This document shows, in pieces, positions 16,090 to 25,504 of a DNA stretch of 64,000 nucleotides (positions are counted from its first letter, which is position 1; every line of letters begins with the position of its first letter). Source of the stretch: a virus. The DNA is taken from IMG/VR virus record IMGVR_UViG_3300027963_000043, positions 1 to 64,000 of that record, one strand, 5' to 3'. Position numbers and translations under genes: made by a program. The notes beneath the pieces were generated by a model that did not search any database, was not told where the DNA came from, and was given only the letters and a program-made list of their open reading frames with translations.

Positions 16090-16761
16090 ATGCACGAAGT
16101 ACTGGCAATTTCAGATATTCACCTTGGCGATAAAGATTGTCAAGCTAGTCAATTATTAAAAGTCTTAAAAAAAGAAAAAGCAAAAACTATATTAATTGTT
16201 GGCGATCTTTTTGATCATCACAACCTAAATAGGCTTAATAAAACTCATTGGAAAGTATTATCTAAATTAAGAAAATTAAGCAAAAGAAGCAAAATTATAT
16301 ATTTAATTGGGAATCATTGTTTTCTTAAAGCAGAATTTATGAGTATTCTTCTTGGTTTTGATTGTAGAGATGAGTATGAATTTGAGATAAAAGATAAAAA
16401 ATTTATAGCAGTTCATGGTGATATATTTGATATATATTTTAGTAAGTATAAAAGTATCACAGAATTTATAGTTAATTTATATTATATCATTCGCCACTAT
16501 ACTCCATTCGCAGACAATTTCTTTAAATTATTAAGAAAGAAAACAGAATCATTAGGTGAAAAAACATCTAATATAAAGGGAAATGCTATTAAATACTGCG
16601 AATTTAATAATAAAGACTCAATTATTTGTGGTCATAGCCATAAACCTGAGCACGAATATAATAAATTTGAATATATTAATACTGGAAGTTTTTGTGAAGA
16701 AAAAGCTAGTTATGTTGTGATAGATAAAAAGGGTAAGGCAAATTTAATTTATTTAGATTAA
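16090..16761 (+). CDS. Calcineurin-like metallophosphoesterase, LpxH-like (UDP-2,3-diacylglucosamine diphosphatase-like)
   Basis: ISDIHLG, GDLFD, GNH, HGD, CGHSH and NTGSF motifs. Confidence 0.8.
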   Translation: MHEVLAISDIHLGDKDCQASQLLKVLKKEKAKTILIVGDLFDHHNLNRLNKTHWKVLSKLRKLSKRSKIIYLIGNHCFLKAEFMSILLGFDCRDEYEFEIKDKKFIAVHGDIFDIYFSKYKSITEFIVNLYYIIRHYTPFADNFFKLLRKKTESLGEKTSNIKGNAIKYCEFNNKDSIICGHSHKPEHEYNKFEYINTGSFCEEKASYVVIDKKGKANLIYLD

Positions 16762-16776
16762 ATTTAAAATTAATAG

Positions 16777-16782
16777 TATAAT
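16777..16782 (+). promoter_or_regulatory. TATAAT -10 box, leaderless layout, heading the Zn-ribbon/sigma/packaging operon
   Basis: Perfect TATAAT 7 nt before ATG 16790; TAGATT 17 nt upstream. No GTGTAA here. Confidence 0.55.
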
Positions 16783-16789
16783 ATTGTTA

Positions 16790-17239
16790 ATGAAAAGATA
16801 TTGTATTTCTTGCGGATCGCCTACAGAATATAGCACTAAAAAACCATTATTCTGTTCAAGTTGTGGTAAATCATTTGATAAAATAGACAAAGTTGAAGTA
16901 AACCCAGTTGTTCAAAAAACTTTAATGCAAAAAAAGACAGTAGCCACTAAGAAATATATAGAAGATAAGAATCATGATACAGATTACGATATAGATTCTG
17001 ATGATATTGATTTAGATCAGGACAATGATATTTCTGTTCCAAACATATCAAAACTAGAAGTAGAGAGTGATTCTCAAGAAAATTTTAAAAATAAAGGAGA
17101 AAAAATAAGCTCTCTTGTAGGAACTTCTTCCTCAAAAGGTAAAAGGAATAAAATTGTTAAAAGTAGTAAAACTTCAAAAAAACAAATACTAGAAGATTTT
17201 GCTAAAGAAGCAGGTACATCAAGAAAATCTAAAAAATAA
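16790..17239 (+). CDS. Zinc-ribbon protein
   Basis: CISCG...FCSSCG, followed by acidic and Lys-rich regions. Start re-called to ATG 16790. TAATG coupling to the next gene. Confidence 0.7.
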   Translation: MKRYCISCGSPTEYSTKKPLFCSSCGKSFDKIDKVEVNPVVQKTLMQKKTVATKKYIEDKNHDTDYDIDSDDIDLDQDNDISVPNISKLEVESDSQENFKNKGEKISSLVGTSSSKGKRNKIVKSSKTSKKQILEDFAKEAGTSRKSKK

Positions 17240-17922
17240 TGAAGTCTCCAAAAGCTAGTTTTGAAAGTAGAATTTTGGAAATCAACCAAGAAATTAGCAA
17301 AAGAAAACATAAATGGAGTTTAACGACTTTAGCTTGGATGGATTTTAACGATGTATCTCAAATACTTAGGATACATATTTATAAAAAATGGAATATGTAC
17401 GATCAAAGTCAGCCTTTAGCTCCATGGGTTAATAGAATAGTAAGCAATCAAATTAAAAATTTAATAAGAAATAATTATGGAAATTATTCAAGACCATGCT
17501 TGAAATGTGCTGCAGCAGAAAATGATGATGGTTGCAATATATATGGTTCTCAATGCGATAAATGTCCACTTTATGCTAAATGGCAAAAAAGTAAAAAATC
17601 CGCACATGATATAAAATTGCCAGTGTCACTAGAAAATCATACTCAAGAAGTTCACAATATAATTGGCGATCAAATGGATATAGAGAAATCAGCAAAGAAT
17701 ATACATGCAAAAATGCGTCAAATTTTAAAACCAATCGAATGGAAATTTTACGAATTACATTATATAAAGCATAAATCTGAAGAGGAATCTGCAAAATTAA
17801 TGGGATATAGAACAAATGAAAAAAATAGGAAAATTGGATATAAACAAGTTAAAAATCTTAAAAAATCCATTATGACAAAAGTTAAAAAGTATTTATATAA
17901 TGGAGATATAGATATTAATTAA
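17239..17922 (+). CDS. Phage sigma-70-family (ECF-like) RNA polymerase sigma factor with Cys-rich insertion
   Basis: Region-2-like DFNDVSQILRIHIYKKWNMYDQSQPLAPWVNRIVSNQIKNLIR. Region-4-like LKPIEWKFYELHYIKHKSEEESAKLMGY. Insertion CLKC-x8-C-x6-CDKC. Confidence 0.72.
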   Translation: MKSPKASFESRILEINQEISKRKHKWSLTTLAWMDFNDVSQILRIHIYKKWNMYDQSQPLAPWVNRIVSNQIKNLIRNNYGNYSRPCLKCAAAENDDGCNIYGSQCDKCPLYAKWQKSKKSAHDIKLPVSLENHTQEVHNIIGDQMDIEKSAKNIHAKMRQILKPIEWKFYELHYIKHKSEEESAKLMGYRTNEKNRKIGYKQVKNLKKSIMTKVKKYLYNGDIDIN

Positions 17923-17923
17923 C

Positions 17924-19018
17924 ATGAGCGAAAACTTACCAGAGCTTACAGAAGAACAGCAATTAAATCTATTAAATGAATGGAATAATCGTGCAGATAA
18001 TCCACCTTCATTAACTGAATTAGTTAAATTGGCTTTTGGTAGAGATGATCTTGATGGAAGAAGCAAAGAAGGGAAAGCTGTAAAACAATTTCTTGCGGCA
18101 AGACAAATTAAACCACGAAAAAGTCACGAATATCAAGCCAAAGGTCTTATCGAATTAACAGAAGACCAAAAAGAATATATCAGTAATAATTGCGCAACTA
18201 TGACAGGAATTGAAATAGCTAAAATTTTATTTAAAAATGAATCATTAACAAATCTTTCTCAAGAAACTAGAAGTGTGCTCGATTATATGAAAACTATACC
18301 TAGCAATATTAAGTATCTTAACGATACAAATGAAAATACTGCTACAGAAATTTATAAAGCTCCACGAAGTGAAGAGAGAATGATTGTTAAAATTAATAAA
18401 TATATATTAGATGGAATTGACAAAGAAAAAATTACACCAAGACAAAAGAAAGATGTCAATTCCTTAATTGGTTATATGAATACTTATAGATTTACCCATC
18501 AAATTAATCTTTATAGTGATGAAAATGATAGAGATCTTTTTGAAAGCAGTTTCGTTAGATATACTTATGACAAAAGCGACTTAACTCAAGAAGAAGTAGA
18601 TCAATATATAGTTTTAGCTACAGAAGTAGTAATATCATCTAGTATTCAACAAACAATCACAGCATTACAAGATCAAATAGATATAGCAACTCAAGAAGAT
18701 GGTAAAATTCCAATGGCAGTAGTAGAAGCTAGCAGCACAGCTAGAAAAGAGTATAATGATTGCGTAAATCGTCAACAAAAATTATTACAAGATCTCAAAG
18801 TTAAAAGAAGCGAAAGACTCAGTAAGCAAGTTAAAGAAAATGCTAGCATTTTAAATCTAGTTGAAATGTGGAAGCAAGAAGAATCAAGGCAAAAGTTATT
18901 AAAAATCGCAGAACTTAGAAAAAATAGCATCAAAAAAGAGATTGAACGACTTGGATCAATGGAAGAATTAAAAGCTAGAATACTTGGAATATCAGAAGAT
19001 GATATTTTAAACGGATAA
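17924..19018 (+). CDS. Hypothetical packaging-region protein (terminase small subunit candidate)
   Basis: Position two genes upstream of TerL; helical with a C-terminal coiled coil. No diagnostic motif. Confidence 0.5.
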   Translation: MSENLPELTEEQQLNLLNEWNNRADNPPSLTELVKLAFGRDDLDGRSKEGKAVKQFLAARQIKPRKSHEYQAKGLIELTEDQKEYISNNCATMTGIEIAKILFKNESLTNLSQETRSVLDYMKTIPSNIKYLNDTNENTATEIYKAPRSEERMIVKINKYILDGIDKEKITPRQKKDVNSLIGYMNTYRFTHQINLYSDENDRDLFESSFVRYTYDKSDLTQEEVDQYIVLATEVVISSSIQQTITALQDQIDIATQEDGKIPMAVVEASSTARKEYNDCVNRQQKLLQDLKVKRSERLSKQVKENASILNLVEMWKQEESRQKLLKIAELRKNSIKKEIERLGSMEELKARILGISEDDILNG

Positions 19019-19022
19019 TTTT

Positions 19023-19958
19023 ATGTCAGTCATATGCAAAGTAGACGGAAAAGAGTTTCCAACTGAGAAGGCATTGCATATGTCACTCAAGGGTTATGGT
19101 TTAAATAAGGTAAAATACTATCAAAAATATTTTGAAAGACGGGATTTATTAACAAATGAACTTATTAATTTCAAAACTAAAGAGCAATATTTAAACAGTG
19201 ATTTTAATGATAAAAACAATATGAAAAAATGGTTAAAGCAGCAGCCAATCGAAAAAGCTCAAGAATATTGCAAGCAACTCTTATCCAAGAGAAAAGATGA
19301 TAAAAATTTAACCTATACCCCCTCTCAAGTAGAGTTAAGAACAATTATGGCACCATCTATTGTTTTTTATAATAAGATATTTGAAGATTACTATGATGTT
19401 TGTTCAATTTTAGGATTAGAAAATAGATTCATTCATCCAAAAAATATAACAGACCAATTTAAAAATAAATTAAATAAAAAATCAATTATATACGTTGATA
19501 CAAGAGAGCAAAGTTGGCTAAAGTTTGATACAAAGTTTGAAATTAAAACTTTGCCATTTGGAGATTATTCTTGTAGTAATGATAATTGTAAATGCTTTAT
19601 AGAAAGAAAAAGCTTAAGTGATTTTATAAGCACATTAAGTGTTAAAAATTTTGATAGATTTAAAAACGAAATAGATCGAGCAAAGAAAAACGGAGCATAT
19701 TTGATTGTTATAGTTGAAGAAAAATTATCTAATGCACTTAGCTTTCAGTATCTTCCGCATATTAGCAAAAAAATTAAAGCAACTCCAGAATATATATTCC
19801 ATAATGTTCGAGAATTATTGCAAAACTATGATAATCTACAATTTCTTTTTGTAGATGGAAGAGGAGAGATGACAAGGATAATTGAGTCTATTTTTACATC
19901 AAATTGCTTTTATAAGCAAATAGATCTTCAATTAGCTTATGATCTAAAACTATTATGA
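19023..19958 (+). CDS. ERCC4/XPF-family nuclease domain protein
   Basis: IYVDTREQ, TLPFGDYS and IERKSLSDF match the XPF/ERCC4 catalytic pattern. Degenerate Zn-finger-like N-terminus. Confidence 0.82.
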   Translation: MSVICKVDGKEFPTEKALHMSLKGYGLNKVKYYQKYFERRDLLTNELINFKTKEQYLNSDFNDKNNMKKWLKQQPIEKAQEYCKQLLSKRKDDKNLTYTPSQVELRTIMAPSIVFYNKIFEDYYDVCSILGLENRFIHPKNITDQFKNKLNKKSIIYVDTREQSWLKFDTKFEIKTLPFGDYSCSNDNCKCFIERKSLSDFISTLSVKNFDRFKNEIDRAKKNGAYLIVIVEEKLSNALSFQYLPHISKKIKATPEYIFHNVRELLQNYDNLQFLFVDGRGEMTRIIESIFTSNCFYKQIDLQLAYDLKLL

Positions 19959-21799
19959 TGTACTCTCCAGATAAATATAAAAAGGATTATCCAGATATTA
20001 ATAAACAATTAATGGAATTAAAAGGTATTCTTAATGATAAGGATGCTAAAATTTCTCTTGCTAAATTTTTAAGAGCTAATTTAGGTTTTACTACTGAACT
20101 TATAAGTGGTATTAAATTAGCCCCATACCAAGAAATTCATCTTAAAGGTTTATTGAATAGAAATTTTAGTATGTGCGTATTTGGTCGAGGTTGTGGCAAA
20201 AGCTTTATCGCAAGTGTATTTTGTTTTCTTCAATGCGTTTTCGAACCTAATACTAAAATTCTTATTGCAGGACCAACTTTTAGAACAGCTAGATTTATAT
20301 TCAATAATTTAGAAAAAATTGTAAATAGTAAAGGCGCGGAGCTTCTACAACAAGCTTTTGGCTCAAAAAGCAAAAGAAATGATCAATATGAATGGTCAAT
20401 AAATGGTGGAAGTATTGTAGCTATTCCTCTAAGCGGAGAAAAAATTCGAGGATTTCGCGCTAATGTATTAGTACTTGACGAGTTTCTTTTGTTATCAGAA
20501 GATATTGTTAAAACTGTTTTGATGCCATTCTTAGTTGCCCCACAAAATATGAAAGAACGAATGGAAATTAGAGAAATGGAGGATACTTTAATTAGAGAAG
20601 GAGCAATGAAAGAAGAAGATCGAATGGTTTTTGAAAATAATAGTAAAATGATAGCGCTATCTTCTGCAAGTTATACATTTGAAAATCTTTATAAAACATA
20701 TAACGAATGGGTAGAAAAAATCTATTCAAAAGAAGAAACGGAAGCATCTTATTTTGTATCTCAATTAAGTTATGAAGCTTTACCATTAGAGATGATAGAT
20801 AAAACAATTATTGAAGAAGCTCAAAATGGAGGATCAAGTCATAGTAGTTTCTTAAGAGAGTATTGCGCTAGATTTATTGATGGTAGCGATAGCTATTTCA
20901 GTGCAAAAAAGATGGAAGAATGTACTATTCCAAACGGGCAATCTCCTCATACTTTAATGAAAGGAATTCCAGGAAAAAAATATATTCTCGGAATTGATCC
21001 TAATATGAGTGATAGTCCTAATGCGGATTATTTTGCTATGGCAGTAATGGAGATTGATGAAGAAACTAAAACTGGCACATTAGTTCACACTTACGCTGGA
21101 TTAGGAAATTTAAAAAATCATGTTAATTATTTATATTATATTATGACTAATTTTAATATTGTATTTATGATTTTAGATAATGCTGGAGCAGATGTATTTC
21201 TTTCTGCTTGCAATCAATCTGAATTATTTAAAAGTAATAATTTGATACTTAATACTTTTGAATTTAATTCTGATTTAGAAGGTGCAGATTATGATCAAGA
21301 AGTTAGAAAAGTTAGAAATAGTTACAATCTAGAATCGAAGAAAATAGCTTTTAATCAAGTATTCACCAGCAATTTTATTCGTAAAGCAAATGAACACTTG
21401 CAAGCGTCTATCGATTATAAAAAAGTATGGTTTGCTAGTAAAACCTGCGCAAATGATAATTTCTTTGAATCTCAATTTAATCAAAATATACCAATAGATT
21501 TAATGAAAACAGAAGAAAAGAAAGATTGGTCTACGCTTGATTTTATTGAAAATCAAGACGATTTCATTTACCAAACAAAAAAACAATGTACTCTTGTAGA
21601 ACATTCATCTACAGCCAGAGGAACTCAATCCTTTGATTTACCCCAACACTTGAAAAGAAGCTCTTCTGCAAATAAAGCTAGAAAAGATAATTATTCTGCA
21701 CTTTTATTGGTAAATTGGGGTTTAAAGTGCTATAATGATATAATAAACGCACCAAAAGAAGAAATATCTCAGACTTTCACCCCAATAATGATAAAATAA
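19955..21799 (+). CDS. terL: Terminase large subunit
   Basis: Walker A FGRGCGKS, IRGFRANVLVLDEF Walker B, ALSSA motif III, RNase H-like YILGIDP...ADYFAM, and C-terminal RKDNYSALL. Confidence 0.9.
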   Translation: MMYSPDKYKKDYPDINKQLMELKGILNDKDAKISLAKFLRANLGFTTELISGIKLAPYQEIHLKGLLNRNFSMCVFGRGCGKSFIASVFCFLQCVFEPNTKILIAGPTFRTARFIFNNLEKIVNSKGAELLQQAFGSKSKRNDQYEWSINGGSIVAIPLSGEKIRGFRANVLVLDEFLLLSEDIVKTVLMPFLVAPQNMKERMEIREMEDTLIREGAMKEEDRMVFENNSKMIALSSASYTFENLYKTYNEWVEKIYSKEETEASYFVSQLSYEALPLEMIDKTIIEEAQNGGSSHSSFLREYCARFIDGSDSYFSAKKMEECTIPNGQSPHTLMKGIPGKKYILGIDPNMSDSPNADYFAMAVMEIDEETKTGTLVHTYAGLGNLKNHVNYLYYIMTNFNIVFMILDNAGADVFLSACNQSELFKSNNLILNTFEFNSDLEGADYDQEVRKVRNSYNLESKKIAFNQVFTSNFIRKANEHLQASIDYKKVWFASKTCANDNFFESQFNQNIPIDLMKTEEKKDWSTLDFIENQDDFIYQTKKQCTLVEHSSTARGTQSFDLPQHLKRSSSANKARKDNYSALLLVNWGLKCYNDIINAPKEEISQTFTPIMIK

Positions 21800-21818
21800 G
21801 TGTAATATCTTTAAATAA

Positions 21819-23750
21819 ATGAGTAAAAAAAATAAAATCCAAGAAATTAAAGCTTCTTTAACTTTACCCAAAGAAGATACCACACCATTAATGGTTTATG
21901 GGTCTGATACTTCAAGTGATAAAAGAGCTAAAATTTCAGAAATTAGAGCTAATACAACTTCTACCAGAAGAAATGCTTCCTCTACAGTAGAGAAAACAAA
22001 TAGATTCATTAATATTGATACAGGATTAATTCCTTTCAGATATTCTAATTATGTAAAAAATCTTTCTACTCTAGATGTAAGAGATTCTATTATTTTATGT
22101 CAGAAGGCTTATTATAACGTAGCGATTTTTAGAAATACAATTGATTTAATGAGTGAATTTTCTAATAGTTCAATTTATCTAACTGGTGGTAGTCAAAAAT
22201 CAAGAGAATTTTTTGAAGCATATTTTAAAAAGATTAATTTAGCAAGTTTCCAAGATCAATTTTTTAGAGAATATTATAGAAGTGGAAATGTATTCACTTA
22301 TAGATTTGATACTTCTTTAAGCAGTGAGCAACTTTTAAAAATAACACAAACTTTTGGGTCAAAATTAAAATCTATAGCTCAAGATGGAGAAATTAAACTT
22401 CCAGCAAGATATACAATAATTAATCCAGCAGATGTTTACGTTGGTGGTACAGTTAATTACTCTTTTAATACATATTATAAATTATTAAGTGATTATGAAT
22501 TAGAAAGATTACGAGATCCAAAAACAGATGAAGATATTGAAGTTTATAATAATCTTCCACAAGACACTAAAGATAAAGTAAAAAATAAAAATAATTCCTA
22601 TATTCTTGTGCCTTTAGATAGAACTAAATTAGCGGCAGTATTTTATAAGAAGCAAGATTACGAGCCACTTTCTATTCCAATGGGATTTCCAGTTCTTGAT
22701 GATATTAACTGGAAACTTGAAATGAAAAAAATGGATATGGCAGTAACAAGAACAATGCAACAAGCTGTTCTTTTAGTTACAATGGGAACTGATCCAGAAA
22801 AAGGTGGAGTAAATCAAAAAAATCTACAAGCAATGCAATCTTTATTTGAAAACCAAAGCATTGGAAGAGTTCTTATAGCTGATTATACAACTAAAGCTGA
22901 GTTTGTAATTCCAGATATTGGGAATCTTATTGGACCACAAAAATATGAAGTAGTAGATCGTGATATTCAGATTGGTTTAAATAATATTCTTATTGGAAGT
23001 GAAAAATTTGCTAATCAAAGTATTAAAGTTCAAGTATTCGTTCAAAGATTAAAACAAGCTAGAGAAGTATTTATAAATGAATTTTTAATTCCAGAAATTA
23101 GAAGAATGAGTAAAGACATTGGTTTTAAAAATTTTCCAACACCAGTTTTTGAAGATATTGATATTAAAGATGATGTTCAATATTCTAGAATTTACAATAG
23201 ACTAGTTGAATTGGGAGTTCTAACTGCAGAAGAAGGGCTTAATGCAATTGAAACTGGCAGATTGCCAACTCAAGAAGAATCTATAGAATCTCAAAAGAAA
23301 TTTAAAGAATTAAGAGATCAAGGTTTTTATCAACCACTTATTGGTGGAAGTGCATCTGGTCAAGCTGGAAGACCATCAGGTTCTACTGGTATACCTCAAT
23401 CTACAAAAAATGTAAAACCAATTGGTTCTAAAGCTAATTTTTCTGTAAGTAAAATTAAAGAAAATATATTAGCAGCCCAAAATCTTGAAGAAGAAGTAAA
23501 ATCTTCTATTAGAAAAAAGTTTAATGTTAAAAAATTAAGCAATCAACAAAAAGAAGATGCAGAAAAGATATCCGAAATAATTATAGCTAATGAGAATCCA
23601 CAAGATTGGACATCTAAAATTCAAGAATACATTGAAAAACCTTTTGATCAAAATCAAGACAATGTCAATCAAATACAAGAAATAGCAGCAGAACATCAAG
23701 TAACAAATTACCTAGCAAGCTTATTATATCATAGCAAATCTATTCAATAA
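21819..23750 (+). CDS. Portal protein
   Basis: 643 aa directly after TerL; helical content and size typical of portals. No exact family recognised. Confidence 0.7.
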   Translation: MSKKNKIQEIKASLTLPKEDTTPLMVYGSDTSSDKRAKISEIRANTTSTRRNASSTVEKTNRFINIDTGLIPFRYSNYVKNLSTLDVRDSIILCQKAYYNVAIFRNTIDLMSEFSNSSIYLTGGSQKSREFFEAYFKKINLASFQDQFFREYYRSGNVFTYRFDTSLSSEQLLKITQTFGSKLKSIAQDGEIKLPARYTIINPADVYVGGTVNYSFNTYYKLLSDYELERLRDPKTDEDIEVYNNLPQDTKDKVKNKNNSYILVPLDRTKLAAVFYKKQDYEPLSIPMGFPVLDDINWKLEMKKMDMAVTRTMQQAVLLVTMGTDPEKGGVNQKNLQAMQSLFENQSIGRVLIADYTTKAEFVIPDIGNLIGPQKYEVVDRDIQIGLNNILIGSEKFANQSIKVQVFVQRLKQAREVFINEFLIPEIRRMSKDIGFKNFPTPVFEDIDIKDDVQYSRIYNRLVELGVLTAEEGLNAIETGRLPTQEESIESQKKFKELRDQGFYQPLIGGSASGQAGRPSGSTGIPQSTKNVKPIGSKANFSVSKIKENILAAQNLEEEVKSSIRKKFNVKKLSNQQKEDAEKISEIIIANENPQDWTSKIQEYIEKPFDQNQDNVNQIQEIAAEHQVTNYLASLLYHSKSIQ

Positions 23751-23760
23751 ATCATAAATC

Positions 23761-23818
23761 TATTAAATGCGAACATTTAATAAAATTAGTGTAATTTAAT
23801 TAAATGCGTACATTTAAT
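23761..23818. repeat. Twin palindromes flanking a GTGTAA motif
   Basis: TATTAAATG-CGAA-CATTTAATA (23761-23782) and ATTAAATG-CGTA-CATTTAAT (23799-23818, contains ATG 23804). Confidence 0.8.
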
Positions 23819-24076
23819 GGATTACAAATTTTTACAGAACAACTAACCAATAGCGGTCAGTTGGATATGAGATATGTTAGAATATCTGGTAATAATAGTA
23901 TTCCAAACCTTAATCTAGGAGTTATCATTGGTCAAAATGGAATTCCAACTGCAGAATTTTATCCAGGAATTAGTGGTCAAGTTATGATAGATAGTAATAA
24001 TTTTTATGTATGTACTAGTGGTAATGGAGTTGGGAATGGAAGATGGAAATTTATTAGTTTAACAAACTGGGCATAA
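23804..24076 (+). CDS. Small fibre-associated structural protein
   Basis: C-terminal G.SGQ..D.NNFY....W module shared with 24081..25457. Confidence 0.65.
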   Translation: MRTFNGLQIFTEQLTNSGQLDMRYVRISGNNSIPNLNLGVIIGQNGIPTAEFYPGISGQVMIDSNNFYVCTSGNGVGNGRWKFISLTNWA

Positions 24077-24080
24077 ATTT

Positions 24081-25457
24081 ATGACTTTTAAAAATATAAA
24101 AATTGATGATATTTGGGATAAAAATTTTCAAGATTATATCGTTTCAGCAAGACCAGATACTGCATTTCCATATGGATTCAATTCAGGCGATCAAAATATT
24201 TATTTCTTAGCTTTAAATGACCCACTTAATCCCAGAGGTGGAAATCAACTTATACCTGCATCAGGTTTTAATTTTTCAATAGGAAGCTCTGGATCTCTTA
24301 ACTTTGCGACTAAATCTCTTGTAACAGGAATAACTTCTATGGTTATTGGTGGTTACGGAAATGTTACAAGAGGAAATTCTTCAGCGGTAATTGGTGGATG
24401 TTTCAATAGAGTAAATAGTTCAAACTCATCTGCTATTATAGGGGGTCAAAATAATACATTACTTCGTTCAAATAATTCCGTTATTTTAGGAGGAATTTGC
24501 AACTGCATGGCTTCTGGCTCTAATTTATTTTTCATGGGCGTAGGTGAATGTAATTACGCTCAAGGTGATTGCAGCGTTTTACTTGGTGGTATTTGTAATT
24601 CAAATCAAGGAACTTATGCTTTCTTGGGAGTAGGACTTAATAATTGTATAGCTAATTTTACTACAGCAAATACTTTAGTCGGTGGCACATCTAATATTGT
24701 TAACGGTAATTATAATTTTCTTGGAGGTGGAAGTTATAATTCAATTGCTTATGGCGCATTAAATACTATTATTGGTGGTGGATTATATAATTGTGCCGAA
24801 GGACAAGGAACCGCAATCTTGGGAGGATTTTGTAATAAGATTAATACAGCGGCTACTGATCCTACAGATAATACAATTGTTGGAGGATTTAAAAATTGCA
24901 TAAATCTTCCTGTCGCATATCCAGATAATTGTAATAATTTTATTGGCGGTGGAGAACAAAATTTCATTGGTGGCTGTGTATATCCTGGTTTTCTTGGTCG
25001 AGGACCACAAGTTCTTGGAGCAAGAGTTGGTAATAGTATTATTGTTGGTGGAAAATATAATTTTGTAAGTAATACTACTAATAGTTCAATTCTTGGAGGA
25101 TGTCAGAATTCAGTAGTAAATGGTTCTGATTCTTTTGTACTTGGAAGCTGTAATACTACTACTTCAACAAAATCATTTATTATAGGTCAAAAATCATATA
25201 TAGACAGTGATTATTCTGGCGCAGGAATTATTTCCGATGGAACAGATAGACTAAAAATTTCACAAGGACCAAATACTTTAACTTTAGATTTTATTAGTGG
25301 AACATATATCAAAAATCGAACAATCTTAGAAACTCATTCTTATGTGCCATCAACATATACTTCTTATGGAGTAAGTGGTCAATTATCTTTTGATGCGAAT
25401 TATTTCTATAGACATAATGGAACAAATTGGACAAGAACAGCTTTGTCCATTTGGTAA
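24081..25457 (+). CDS. Fibre/spike protein with GGxxN beta-helix repeats
   Basis: Many ~14-aa S.I.GG..N repeats, Cys-rich. N-terminal IDDIWDKNF module; C-terminal GVSGQLSFDANYFY..W. Confidence 0.7.
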   Translation: MTFKNIKIDDIWDKNFQDYIVSARPDTAFPYGFNSGDQNIYFLALNDPLNPRGGNQLIPASGFNFSIGSSGSLNFATKSLVTGITSMVIGGYGNVTRGNSSAVIGGCFNRVNSSNSSAIIGGQNNTLLRSNNSVILGGICNCMASGSNLFFMGVGECNYAQGDCSVLLGGICNSNQGTYAFLGVGLNNCIANFTTANTLVGGTSNIVNGNYNFLGGGSYNSIAYGALNTIIGGGLYNCAEGQGTAILGGFCNKINTAATDPTDNTIVGGFKNCINLPVAYPDNCNNFIGGGEQNFIGGCVYPGFLGRGPQVLGARVGNSIIVGGKYNFVSNTTNSSILGGCQNSVVNGSDSFVLGSCNTTTSTKSFIIGQKSYIDSDYSGAGIISDGTDRLKISQGPNTLTLDFISGTYIKNRTILETHSYVPSTYTSYGVSGQLSFDANYFYRHNGTNWTRTALSIW

Positions 25458-25504
25458 AATATTAATAAAAATAAAAGTGTAATCCTATTTAAGGATTAAG
25501 GATA

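Noticed and set aside
16090-16761. Assigning the gene symbol lpxH
   Set aside because: The motifs are general to calcineurin-like phosphoesterases. Substrate cannot be established from sequence alone.
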